Positions 15,122 through 27,600 of a stretch of 32,238 nucleotides of DNA are shown here, piece by piece. Origin of the DNA: Reclinomonas americana ATCC 50394 (lineage: Eukaryota). Numbering within the stretch: the first letter of the stretch is position 1; every line of letters begins with the position of its first letter. Under the pieces are notes generated by a model. The model worked only from the letters and a program-made list of their open reading frames with translations. It was not told where the DNA came from and did not search any database. Position numbers and translations under genes: made by a program. The stretch spans positions 11,810 to 44,047 of the forward strand of contig PS015720.1 in NCBI GenBank assembly GCA_048213135.1, given 5' to 3'.

Positions 15122-16725
15122 TCATCTGAGACACAGCTCGTCGCCACCNNNNNNNNNNNNNNNNNNNNNNNNNNNNNNNNNNNNNNNNNNNNNNNNNNNN
15201 NNNNNNNNNNNNNNNNNNNNNNNNNNNNNNNNNNNNNNNNNNNNNNNNNNNNNNNNNNNNNNNNNNNNNNNNNNNNNNNNNNNNNNNNNNNNNNNNNNNN
15301 NNNNNNNNNNNNNNNNNNNNNNNNNNNNNNNNNNNNNNNNNNNNNNNNNNNNNNNNNNNNNNNNNNNNNNNNNNNNNNNNNNNNNNNNNNNNNNNNNNNN
15401 NNNNNNNNNNNNNNNNNNNNNNNNNNNNNNNNNNNNNNNNNNNNNNNNNNNNNNNNNNNNNNNNNNNNNNNNNNNNNNNNNNNNNNNNNNNNNNNNNNNN
15501 NNNNNNNNNNNNNNNNNNNNNNNNNNNNNNNNNNNNNNNNNNNNNNNNNNNNNNNNNNNNNNNNNNNNNNNNNNNNNNNNNNNNNNNNNNNNNNNNNNNN
15601 NNNNNNNNNNNNNNNNNNNNNNNNNNNNNNNNNNNNNNNNNNNNNNNNNNNNNNNNNNNNNNNNNNNNNNNNNNNNNNNNNNNNNNNNNNNNNNNNNNNN
15701 NNNNNNNNNNNNNNNNNNNNNNNNNNNNNNNNNNNNNNNNNNNNNNNNNNNNNNNNNNNNNNNNNNNNNNNNNNNNNNNNNNNNNNNNNNNNNNNNNNNN
15801 NNNNNNNNNNNNNNNNNNNNNNNNNNNNNNNNNNNNNNNNNNNNNNNNNNNNNNNNNNNNNNNNNNNNNNNNNNNNNNNNNNNNNNNNNNNNNNNNNNNN
15901 NNNNNNNNNNNNNNNNNNNNNNNNNNNNNNNNNNNNNNNNNNNNNNNNNNNNNNNNNNNNNNNNNNNNNNNNNNNNNNNNNNNNNNNNNNNNNNNNNNNN
16001 NNNNNNNNNNNNNNNNNNNNNGACAGAAGCACGCCTGGAGGGAAGACGCAACGGTGGATGGTGCTGCTGCTGCTGCTGCGGAGGAGGCACATACAGTCCA
16101 CTACCGTCACCACCCATCGGCGCCTGCACCGGATACGGCGACACCGCAGGTCTCGCCTGCGCGCGATTCATGCTCTCCAACTGCCTCTCAATATGCGCAC
16201 GCCCACTGGTCACCGACATCTACCAAGCAACGACATCATCATCATCATCATCCGACCACGACGACAAGCAGCAGACAAGACCTCGGATCGTCGCGCGATA
16301 ATGTGCGGCGACTCTGCAAACTCAGTGTCGTCCAGCTTCAGCAGCTCCTCCACCGCCTGCCGCGTCGACATCTCCAGCACAAAGGTCTTGAAGTTCTGAA
16401 TGTCCACAAAGCTTGGCAGCCAACACGACAATGAGTCGCGATGAGCGAGTGATTGCTCTCACAGACACAGGAGCGCACCTGTACGAGTCCACGACAAAGC
16501 CGCCTCCCTCACACGCAGCATCCACTGCCGACTCCACATACACCACAAACACATCGTCGGCCACGTCAATGCTCACACGCGAGAAGCGAATGGTGCGCGA
16601 CAGCACCTGCGCGTGTGTGAGACGCACACGCAGGGAGAGAGAGAGAGACGCACACAACACGCAACATCATCGTCCAGCACACCGGAAGGCGGCGGCACAG
16701 CCTCTTCCTCAGTCGCCGCAGCCAT
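15122..16725 (-). CDS. Multi-exon protein with a divergent N-terminal RRM-like domain followed by a Pro/Gln-rich region; 3' part lies in a gap and the end is uncertain
   Basis: Phase-consistent exons 16725-16666, 16606-16479, 16411-16282 and 16219-gap give RTIRFSRVSIDVADDVFVVYVESAV...SYSFVDIQNFKTFVLEMSTRQAVEELLKLDDTEFAESPHIIARR, whose pattern parallels RRMs such as U2AF65 RRM1 (FLEF.s.......lDG..F....L.I.R). The stop at 15122 is tentative. Confidence 0.5.
15149..16021. other. Assembly gap (N run)
   Basis: Ns in sequence. Confidence 0.99.
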
Positions 16726-16928
16726 TGTGAGCACACATGTGGAGCGCCGATGGATCAACTTTGAGATTCTTGCTCTTTGTGAGAGACAACTGCGCGCGTC
16801 TGTCGTCTGTGCTTTCGTCGACAGCGAGGTGGTGAAGAAGGGCAACGAAGCTCTGTGCAAGAAAGAAAGAAAGAAAGAGAGAGACGCTTGTGCGGTTGAC
16901 AGAGAGCATCTCGTGTGATTGGAGGGTG

Positions 16929-16948
16929 NNNNNNNNNNNNNNNNNNNN
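16929..16948. other. Assembly gap (20 N) between divergent genes
   Basis: Ns in sequence. Confidence 0.99.
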
Positions 16949-17075
16949 GCTGTCAACAGCAACGCCGCACGGCTATCGCGACGATCCATGAGCGATGCAT
17001 GAGTTGTCAAAAGAGTGAAATCCGTCGAGTTGTCTTTCCACCGATTGCTTTCCGTGCACCGCGCTGTCGGTGGTC

Positions 17076-17795
17076 ATGAATGAGGAGGAGGAGGTGGAGC
17101 AGACGGTGGAGGACTTTGTGAACGAGTTTGTGATGCGCGGTCGCGTCGATGTCATTCCCCTCGATCGCTTTCGCTCCTTCTTCCCGCCTGCTCTCAAATC
17201 GTGCGTGTAATCCTTGCAGCACCTGACACGAGTGTGATGTGTGTGCGTGTCACTCACGTTTCTCCTCCTCCTCCTGTGTGCGTGCATGCAGAAAATCCGC
17301 GCAAATCAATGCCGAGTATCATTCCTTTCAGCGGTTCCGCCGCGACTTGCGTGCGCAGGTCCTGGACGTGGTGCATGAACACTTCGGGCCACTGGCCGAG
17401 CGCCAGGTCGCCCGCGGTCTCACGCGCGATCGCGACGACGAAGACGATGCCGATGAGGGCGATGCGCAAGAGGTGAGACGTCAGTGGGTGAGGCCTGCGG
17501 TCGCAATCCACTCATATCTATCTACGTACCGGGTGGCGGGGTGGTGCAGAGGCGCATATTGGAGGCTCGAGCGGCGGCGCTGCGTCGCGCCATTGAGCAG
17601 GTCGAGGCGGAGACGGAGTCGTACTTGCGGGATTTGCGACAACTCGATCGGCGGCTGGCGGCCAGTGCACAGCAGGTGCAGAGTGCGAGCGCGGGTGGTG
17701 GTGATGATGATGATGATGATGATGCTGGGGGGATCGACGTGCAGCGGGTGGCGGAGGAACTGCTTGAACGGATACGCAAGGCGCCGGAGGAGTAA
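17076..17795 (+). CDS. Small three-exon coiled-coil protein (~183 aa), Cnl2/Nkp2-like inner kinetochore (CCAN) subunit
   Basis: Exons 17076-17200, 17292-17472 and 17550-17795 splice in phase. The N-terminus EDFVNEFVMRGRVDVIPLDRFRSFFPPALKSKSAQINAEYHSFQRFRRDLRAQVLDVVHE fits the Cnl2/Nkp2 pattern (E..l..fl......iisl..F...FP......i..LY..lq..R....V...i), followed by an acidic linker and a coiled coil. Confidence 0.55.
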
Positions 17796-17958
17796 CTGAC
17801 GATTGTAGCGAGATGACTTGCGCCTCTTGCTCGACTCGACTCGAATCGACTACTGGAGAGACGACGCCCCAGCGAGTGCACGAACTCGCTCACTCTCCAT
17901 CACAGGCGCGTGATTGAATTGTGTGCATGTATTTTTCATAGGATTGGGGTGAGGTCTC

Positions 17959-20900
17959 TCACTTGCGCGTTGCGCGTGTGGATCGACGCGCTGCGGGTGC
18001 GCTCTTTTCCACCACCTTTGGCTTGCTGTTCCTAGTAGTCGCCGCAGTCTTTGACGGCTTTGCGGCAGCCACCGCCCGCTTGCCACGCTTCTCCGTCTTC
18101 ACGGTCTTCGCCTTGCTCTTCTTGCCCTTGGTCGGCACATCGTCCTCGTCCTCTTCTTCTTCCTCCTCCTCGTCTTCGGTGTCGGAGGTGGACTTCTTGC
18201 TGCGCTTGAATCCAAAAGGCACTGGCGCCGTATCGCGCTTCCCTTTGCTGCTGCCGGCTCCTGCATCGTCGTCTTCATCTTCCTCGTCTGTGTCCATGGG
18301 TGCCGCTGGCGACACAATGTCCCACTTGCGCATGGGCGACGGTGCAGGCGCGTTGTTGGCCTGCTCCGTGTGGTTGCGCTCCTGTACAATGTCGTGGCGT
18401 GTGTGAGTCTCACACGCAGCTGCGTCGATGTGTATGTATGGCACGCGGCGACGCAACTCGCAACGGTGTGCGCGGCGACGGCAGCACACTCGGCACCACC
18501 GCCTGACGCAAGTCGATTTGTGGCGTGTCGGGCGTCCCTGGTGTTCCAGGCGTGCGCACAGGGGTGCGGCTCGACGGCGTCGCGCGCTGTGCATGTGCGT
18601 ATCTTCAGTATTATCTTGCAAAGCAGTAGCATACAAGAGTGCGCACTGTTACCTTCATCGCGCTCGCCGGCTTGCTGGGGGTGGCAAACGCGCCTGCGCC
18701 ACCCGCAGCCGCAGCGCCCGCTGCAGCCGTGGCTGCTGTCTTTTCTGCCCGCTCGGCCTCCTTGGCACGCTCCTCCAGCTGTCGCATATCGTACTCCAGC
18801 TCCTTTGCAAGCAGGCGATTGGAGGCCAGAAGATCTGTGCCGCAACGAGTCAAACACCAGCATCATCAACTCTCTCTCTCTCTCTCTCTCTCCCTCTCCA
18901 CCTCCCCTCCTCACCTTGCATTTCTTCGTTGTGCTCCGTGAAGAGATAGTGCAGATACTGGAGGAGATCGCGCAGGAGTGGCGATCGCTGCTGCTCCAGC
19001 AAGTGCTTCAGCTCGACGCACACCGGCACCACATATTTCATCACGCCATCCTTGAAGATGCGCGTCAGCAGCGCACGATGTCGCTCCTTGAGCGCCGCAC
19101 TGGCTGCCGCCTGCGCAGAGCCGTCTTCCATGCCGGCTGCAATGTCGTCCTCCAGCTCCATGTCGACGGCGGAGGCGGAAGAGCCTGCCGCGCCGCGCTT
19201 CCACTGCAGTCGCATGTGCTGCTCACACCGCGCCTGTCAGGTATCATGCTTTTCTGCATCGCGTAGCACAAGCGACATGCAGACCTTGGTGGAGAGAATG
19301 TAGAGGCCGTCCTTGGCCACATCGTACATTTCGGCCAGAGCGTCGGCCGGATCACGGCTCTCCATCTGCGCGAGTCATTCAGTGGCGACAACGGCAACGC
19401 ATCACCAGCAACAGACACGTGCCTGTGCATTGTGCATGCTGTCAACCAGGGTGTTGAAGACGTTCTCCAGTAGGTGCTTGCACGTGCCGAGGCGGTCCTC
19501 GGGAGTCATGCGCGACAAGAGGCAGTCGTAGATATCGTGGCGCGTTCTGCGGCGTGATGGCGAATGAGAAGGAAGCAATCGGGGCGCCACTCGGCAGCAG
19601 ACAGTGGCGTGCAACTTTTCGTGTTCGGCGCCCACCAAGGCAAACCGATGTGCATCCGCACTCCACTCGTCATCCTTGTGGGCGGCCAGCTGGGCGTGGC
19701 AGCGGTTCTGATTGAAAAAGTACACGGTCTCCACAAACACGTTCTCGAACAGCTTCGGACGCTTCTCCGGGAAGCGTTCAAGCAGTGCATGTGATGCTGC
19801 GTATGGAAGGAGGGGAAGATGAGGAGAAGAAGACAAGCAGCGATAATCGTGACATCCACCGAGCACAACCAACCGAGTGCGCGCACTGCTGGCGACTCGT
19901 CAGTGAGCGCAAAGATCAGCCGGTGGAACAACTGGTGGTTGTTGATCTGGAGTGCGACAAGCGATCAGCACAGGCTGAGAGTGATTGCAACACAGCAGAC
20001 TGTGACGTACCTTCACGTAGTCTTGCAGCACCAGCTGCGCCAGAATCACAAAGCACTCCTTGCGAATGACGGCATTCTCGTGCAGCAGGCACAGCGTGAT
20101 TCCGCTCAAATAGTTGTCCACCACCGACGTGAAGCTGGAGAAATGGTGATGTTAGTCACGCGCACATTAGTGTACAACCACACACAAGGTCATACTTACC
20201 GAATGCACAAATCACCGAGCACGACAAGAATGTTGCTGATGACAGCCACGGGTGTGTCGGGCTCACGCAGCAGCATGTTGAAGAGTTTGACAGTCTGGTT
20301 GGCCAGGTCCTGGTTGGCCAGCGAGGCCTTGCCGACAGCAAGCACGGCGTGAGCACGAATGCGCTCGGGCACGGGAACACTCGACAGAGTCTGCGCTCTC
20401 TACGTCAGATCAAGTGGTGGCGGGCGCGCGCGGTGCAAGAGTAAGACAACAGACCTCGCCGCTATTGAGGTTAAAGATGGGCAGGGTGGCGGCTGTGAGT
20501 GCCGTCAGCTTGCTTGTCAGCTCCGAGTAACGGGCGCGCTGGCCGCTCTCACTCTGCACGCACACACACACTGCTTGTCAAGACCAGCGCAAGAGGCTGC
20601 TGTGAGAGAGCGTTTCCACCACACACGCATACCAGCAGCAGCTCGCCCAGCAAGAAAATGCGCGAGGCAAAGGCAATCTCGGCCGGTGTGTCGTTCTTCA
20701 TCACCTCCTCAAAGTCGCCGCACTCCAGCCGCTCGCCACGGACCACGTGCTCCACCTCACTCTGCACACCGCACACACAGTAAATCAGCCACCAATTCTT
20801 TCCCCTAACCGTCGCATGCACGCAACTTCGCAGAGCGCGGAAAGATCGGCGGCCCACGACTTGGCAAACGGCTCAAAGTCGGCACTCAAGTGCTCCATGC

Positions 20901-23900
20901 ACACTCGTTGCACGCACGCCACCATGCTCGGCGCAATGTTCGGGTTGGCACGACCGTACACCAGCGACTGGTAGAGTTGTGCTGCAGTATTTTGATGGTG
21001 AGGTCACGCACCCTCCTCAACAGTCACCAAAAGCACATCAAACGAAACTCGCCAACTCCTGTGCCCCGGCCTTTGGTAAGCGCTTCACGCCATGCGTCAG
21101 CACATGCAGGCAGCTCTTCATCTCAAACATCGGCATCCCATCGGCCTTGTCGAATGCACCGAGTGCCGGCCACAGCTTATTCAGCACCGCACCAGCCTCA
21201 ATCACTTGTGCGTTGTGTTCGGCGATTTGCTCGAGCAGTACCCAGAATATCTGCAGACAGGGCGCGTGGATGAGTGAACAGGGAAAGGTAAAGACATACA
21301 GGCAAGCAGTTCTGCTCACCCTTGACAATGGGTTGGTCTCGAGTGCTCGCATAGCGGTGCGCACGAGCTGCTTGAGATTGCTGGCATGTTGCGGCTCTGA
21401 TTTCTTCGAGTTGAGCCAGTGTGCAATGATGCGACGTGCCGAATCGAGATGAGCGCTGCAAACAGAGTGTGTGAGGTGGAAAAAGTACACAAAAGTCGAC
21501 TGAGATCGCGAGGACGCACAAGTTGGTGCTGAGAATCGTGGTCAGTGCGTCACGCAGCAGCTCTGGCACAGCATCGCTGTGGGCACGAAACACACACGAG
21601 TCAGCGAGCTGCTGCAGGGTGGAGCGAAGAAAACGATGGAACACAAGGACACACCAGTTCTCCAGCAGCATGTCGCGCACGCACTGTCGCACACGCTCCT
21701 GCACACTGTTCTCCACGTCGCCGGCACGGCCGAGCACGCCTGGTGGAGTACGGTGAAAACAGTCAGCAATGACGCGAACAGCACTCTGCGGCAACAGTCA
21801 ACGCAGATAACCTTCGGCCCAGTTACCGGCCAGCTCGGCGGCAGTGAGTGGTGCCTCCTGATTCGCCGCTGCCGGCTGCTTGTGTAGCCACTCGGCACAT
21901 GCGCGGACGGCATTGTCCAGCGACTGCACGGCCTGCACTCGCACCGACGTGGCCGCATCCATGGTACGCTCCTGAATGGCGGCAAATGCTGCGCGCCACA
22001 ACGTCGAGTTGCCGATGGCATGTCCGTGGCACGACGGCACAAGTGAGGCCAGCAACTGCACGGGTTATGTGTCAGCACTAGCAGGAGGCATGCACAGAAC
22101 AGTGGCCGAAAAACAACAAGCGCACCTCAACCACCGACTTGCGTACAGCCGCTCCAGGATCCTGAGCACGATCCATGATTTGCTCGAGAATGCTGGAGGG
22201 CGAGTCGCGCTGTCCAACCAACTCTGTCATGGGTGGAGAATGTCACAAAAAGTCAGGCCCACAGCGCACAGAGAACACCCATCGAGAGAAAACATGACAG
22301 CATATCTTCACACACAGTGTCGTCCTTGTGCGCCAGCTGGATGCACTCGGCCAACATCTCCAACGCCTTGCCGCGGACGGCACCAATCTGTGATTCGGAG
22401 TGGTCAATAAAAGCTTGAGGCGCAAGCACGCTTGCAGCCAATGAAGAGACGCATACCTTGTCGCAGATGCGCTCCACCACGCACTCGAGGAGCGATCGGA
22501 TGAGTTGCACAATCGCCCCTCGGCGTGTGCCGAGGCCCGCAAACGTCGCAATCAGCTCACCACTCAATTCCACTGCCAGCTGCCGACTCGTGCTCTGTGC
22601 GTCCATTGCACTGTCAAGCAGATGCCCAATCACACGGCTGATGCTCTCACTACGGACCTTGGTGTTCTTGGCCAGGCGTGTGACAAAGCCGACAAACCGG
22701 TCCACGGCCGCCAACTTGGCGGTGGAGACTGGCGACGCAACCTCGGCTGCAACTGCCGCCATCACCTCGTCCTCATCCACACTTTCCTCCGCTGCTTCCG
22801 GCGACGGCTCAAGACCCGCACACAGAATATCTTGCACCACCGCCAAGCAGGGTGCAATCAGTGCGCGTCGCATCTCTTGACGCTCGGCCGGACGCATGCA
22901 GAGGTGCTGCAACATGATTCCGAGGCTGTCGAACCAGGCAGTGACCAGCGACGGCTTGCCGGCATTGCTCTTGCTGCTGGCCGCTGCACTTCCCGCACCT
23001 TCCTCCTCTCCATCCTGCTGCTGCTCCTGCACTCCCTCCATCGCCTCCGGTTGCTGTGCTTGCGTCTGCGAAACGCCTCTGCGTGCAGCAGCAGCAGCAG
23101 GTGTCAGGAAAACACCATCGGGGAATGGAGCAGTGTGAGCGTGCATGCGCAACTGGAGAAACGACATTGCCTCGCGGTACACGTCGCTTCTCGCACTGCT
23201 GCCGGCCAGTGCCGTCACCAAGTGCTTGCACACCAGTCCGAACACTGCGGCGCTCGGGTTGCCGTCCACCAGTGCCTGCAGCACACTGAAACCGCTTTGC
23301 ACAACAGTGGCCGGTCTGTGCGCACGCAGAAAAATCCCATGAGACTCTCAGAGGCGTCGAATGGCTGCCTCTCTAAGGTACGCACAGATTGGTCTGCATG
23401 ACCGCGTCAATCAGCGTGTCGCACAAATGATCGGCAAACTCCTGCGCGTCGGCAAATCGCAGTCCACCTCGCGCCAAGTCGCGAATGGCCTGCAAGATGA
23501 AACACAGACGGGCTTCCAGCACCTCTGGATCCACCGGCTGCATCGTGCATGAGTCACCGCATGCCACCCACAACTGCACCCCCTCTTGCTCACCTCGTCG
23601 ATGGTGTCGTCGCCACCAGCGCTCTCATCCTCGGCGGTCTTGCGCTTTTTGGTTGCCCGACCTGCTCCAGTTTCGGCGCTCCGTTTGCCTGCGCGACAAG
23701 TCACTCGCAGGTCAGCACTGACATGCACATGCCACCAGCTGCCTCCATCAACACCTTTCTTGCCCTTGCGGCGCGACATGGACGGCCCGAGTGCTCCCAA
23801 TGCGCCCGCCCACTGCGGCAATCGCGACAGCACCTGGCGCAGCAGAAACGTGTCGTGCCACCGATACACCTTGCCGACAATCAATGAGCCTCAACAGACA

Positions 23901-24474
23901 ACTCCACACCCCACATACACACACGCACACACACATACCATTGCGCCCGGCAACGCCACCATGGCCACATACGCGGCCGCCGCGTTGACTTGCACACACA
24001 GATCCACTCGCGCCACACTATCGACTCGCCCCCGCACAGTCAGTTCACGACACTCACCGTCACAACTCCACCAGCGCACGATTCACTCACCCTCGCGCAC
24101 ACGCCGACAGCACCCAGCGCAACGATCCCAACTCGATCACCTCCTGCAATCGCTCAAAGCACGCCCACTCATCGCTCTGCTGCTGCTTCTTCAGCGCCAC
24201 TCTAGCCGCATCGTACGCCATGTCGGCCAGTTGCTCCATCACAGCCGCCGGCACATCCAACTCCACACTGCCGCGCTCCTCGGTCATTGCTGCTGATGAT
24301 GATGAAGATTGATCATGAAATGCGACTTGTTACCAACTGACGACACACACTCGTGTATGGCGCTAACTCACCTCCCTCTCCACCACTCTCGGGCACCACT
24401 CCCTCGCCCAGTGCACTCAGCAACTCCAGTGCCACCTCGCCAAGTGCCGTGATCACTTCGTCGCCCTCCGCCAT
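17959..24474 (-). CDS. NCAPD3: Condensin II complex subunit D3 (CAP-D3), HEAT-repeat/Cnd1-domain protein with many exons
   Basis: Spliced motifs characteristic of CAP-D3: VRAHAVLAVGKASL...ISNILVVLGDLCIRFTSVVDNYL...CLLHENAVIRKE...LVLQDYVK; LFHRLIFALTDESPAVR; LFENVFVETVYFFN; IYDCLLSRM; VVPVCVELKHLLEQQRSPLLRDLLQYL; LAKELEYDMRQ; C-terminal SPMRKWDIVSP; DK...VRGKAL and DAATSVRVQAVQSL HEAT motifs. Start ATG at 24474 is inferred; stop at 17959. Confidence 0.92.
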
Positions 24475-24557
24475 CTTCGAGTCACAGTCAGTCACGGGAG
24501 AGGGAGAGAAAGGAGAAGGAAGTGGCAGGAGAAAGTCGCACTTTTGACTTCAACTCG

Positions 24558-24572
24558 ATTTCCCGCGCGACT
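24558..24572 (+). promoter_or_regulatory. Canonical E2F site (TTTCCCGC, 24559-24566) in the short bidirectional promoter between CAP-D3 and the LRR gene
   Basis: Exact TTTSSCGC match about 85 bp upstream of the CAP-D3 ATG, extended by the GCGACT shared with the motifs at 13055 and 14642. Confidence 0.5.
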
Positions 24573-24639
24573 TTTCTCGTCGCACGAACAAATTCAATCA
24601 GTCCCAAAGGACGTGCTGTGAAGTGGGCCGTGAAGTGCA

Positions 24640-27600
24640 ATGGGCGACTTGCATGTCACGTTCTCTCTCGAGCGACTCGGGCGACGCGCCTCACTCGCAC
24701 TGTCGCCAACGAGTGTAACAGATGATGTGGCAGAGGACACGCAGTTGCCGCCACCTCTCGACACCTTCCGTCTGTGGGCGGAGTTGCGTGCACACTCTCA
24801 CACTCGCTCTCTCTTCTTCTCCCCTCCTCTCACACACAAGCACACACACAGTGGACTGCTTCAACCGCAATCGGCAATGATGCGACGCTTGACGCTCTCT
24901 GATGTGCATTTGCAAGCCGATCATGTGATTGTGTTGGCCGAGGTGTTGCCACTGTGCAAGCACCTGAGCGAGCTGGACCTTGTTTCGTCGCCTTGTCGTG
25001 CTGGCGTGGATTGCACCCTCTCTCCTCGTTCTCACATTTCTGTTAGAGTTACAACGATCTGTGTGGCGCGGCCTGTGCACCACCAGTGGGCACTCTGTTG
25101 CGCACCTGCCGGGCGCTGAACTCGTTGAGCTTGGCCGGCAATCCACTCGACGACTCATTTGCTGTGCGCTTGGTGGAGGTGACTTGTACACTCTCTCGTT
25201 CATTTAGCCACAGTACTCACCTCGCCAGCAGCATGAGTTGCGCGATGCCATGGTCATGTGCCCGCTGTTTGTGCTCGACATGAGCGGATGCCGCCTGTCG
25301 GGAGCTGGAGTGGCCGCCCTGCTGCGCTGCCTGCTTGCTCGTCACGTGGTGGCGGAGCCCGCTGCTGTTGCGTCGCCTTTTTGCGTGAGCGAAACATCGT
25401 TCAGTCGCTCATGCAAGGTGAACGATTGCAGGCACCGCTGTCGGCCGATCAGCTGGTTCTGGTGCTGGAGGAGGTGCCGTGTGATCCCACAGAAGATGTT
25501 GCGTGCGCCGTGTTGCTCTGCAGTTTCGAATTGTCGGCTTTTCTGAATGCAACCACCAGGTGTCGATCATGGGCACCGGCTCGACTGTGACCGAGTTGCC
25601 GCCGCTCGACACCCTATTGGAGCGATCGAGACGACTGCAGGCGGTGGCGGCTGACGCCAGCGGCTCGCGGCACGTGAATTTCAGCGGACCACTGAACGAC
25701 ATGCGCATGTCGGCAGTGCCGGCTGCCACCGACGACGAAGCGGTCGATGGCACGGCCTCGCAGGCGGCCGCGAAAGTGCTGCCCGAGCGCTCGTCGTACC
25801 TGTCGGTTGTGCGTCTCGGCAGCAACGCGATAAAAGGTGACACGGGTGGACCACTGCTGTTGCAGGGCTTTGCTGCCGCCGCCGAGTTGGCGTGGAACGA
25901 GTGTCGGTTGGAGCGTGCGCTCGCAGAAGATTCCACACCTGCGACCTTGCCGAGTGCGTCACAAACGCCGGGAATGAGTGCCGCTGCCGACGGATTCGGC
26001 TTTAGCCCTGCGCGTTTCGCCTCGCCGCTGACAAATCCCTCACCAGCTCGCCCGGCTTCCACGCGATCGCCCCACCGATCCCGCGAGCTGGACATGCTGG
26101 CTGTGGCCTTGGAGGACACGCCAGCGATCTTGCAAACGTCAGCTCCGTCGCTGCGACCACTTTTTACCTTTCCACTGACCGAACTCAATCTGTGGAACGC
26201 CGGCTTGGGTGTGGCTTTTTTCTTTCCTCTCTGTTGCCTCTGTCACCCCTCACAGCTCACTCTCACACCCCGCACAGGTCGAGCCGGAGGCGAGGCTCTC
26301 TTGCTTGCGCTACCACTGCTCGTGAACCTCCGTCGGCTGGTGGTTTCTCGGAACGAGCTCGGCGATTCGTTTGCGGTCTCCCTGGCCGCCATGATTGCCC
26401 CGGTGTGCATTGCGGATGAGGAACAACTTTTTGAGGCCAGCAACGAAGACGACAGGTGTGCTCTCTCTCTCACACACGCACACACCCTCATCTCCGTTCC
26501 TATTGATGCTGCTCGTACTTACCGCGGTGCCATCCTGCCGCCAGCGACGCCGTCACACGGGCACTGGAACAGGCTGCCGTGTCGGTGCAGCAAGAAGTGC
26601 CGCAGGCGGTGTTGGAATCTCTGCTGCAGGCCGCTGGTTGGTTGCGCAGTGCTCCGCCGGTGACGGCCGAGGCGCGTCGCTTGCCTGCTCTGCACACACC
26701 GCCGCCACCACCACCTGCGCCCGTTGCAGTCAAAGCCGTGTCGCCACAAGACATGGTCTCCAGTGCACGACAGGTGCATTTCTTGCAAGTGTTGCCTTCT
26801 TTTTCTGTTGCTTCACGTAACACCGAATTCAGGACGCCATGCTGCTGGATGCCGGCATGGAGGAGATTATGAGCATGAATGCCGACACTGGACCGAAAAA
26901 ACCACCGCCCGTCACGCGAGAAAAGGCGCGCCGCATTGCCGTCGATACGTGGCACAAGGCGAACCCGAAGGCCGTGACTGAACCACCCGCGGCGGAACTG
27001 GAGGAAATGACGCAGCAGATCTTTGCTCACCTCGCCCTGCGTCAGTCGCAGGCGAGCACCGCTGCTGCCGCTGCTGCTGCTGCCGAGGTTATCTTTGTGT
27101 TGCACGATGCGCCCGACGGCTCGTCTCTCGCTCACTCGTGTCATGACAACGCATCACCAGAGTGCTTCGTTGCCGTCGCCACCGACGCTGCTTGTCGAGG
27201 CTCCGGCAAGTGCTTCCATCACGCCGTCGCCGTTCATTCATTCCCCCGGTGCGGCCACCATGTCGCCAGGGGATTCGGTGGGTCTGCGCTCCGTGATGCG
27301 CCAGTGGGTAGCAGCGGTACGACGTCTTTTGCCGCCTGTCGACTGGTGGGTTGCACGGCGACTGGTGCACTCTGTTCCGACCACTGGACGCAGTGGTGGT
27401 GGTCACAGTGGTGGCGACGGCCACCATCACTTGTCAACGGAGGTACGTTTGCGAGTTTTTTGTTTATCGGCAGGAAAACGCTGCGTCTGTCTCACGATCG
27501 TGCATCGACGAGACAGGGTCTGCACCCGCCACCGCCAACTGGTTCTGTGTCACCGGCTGGCGCAACTAGTGCCGCTGCTAGTGCTGCCGCGCGCGGAACC

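Noticed and set aside
14736-16399. Several 365-477 aa ORFs across the 873-N gap
   Set aside because: Mostly X residues; only the - strand frame from 16219 has splice support.
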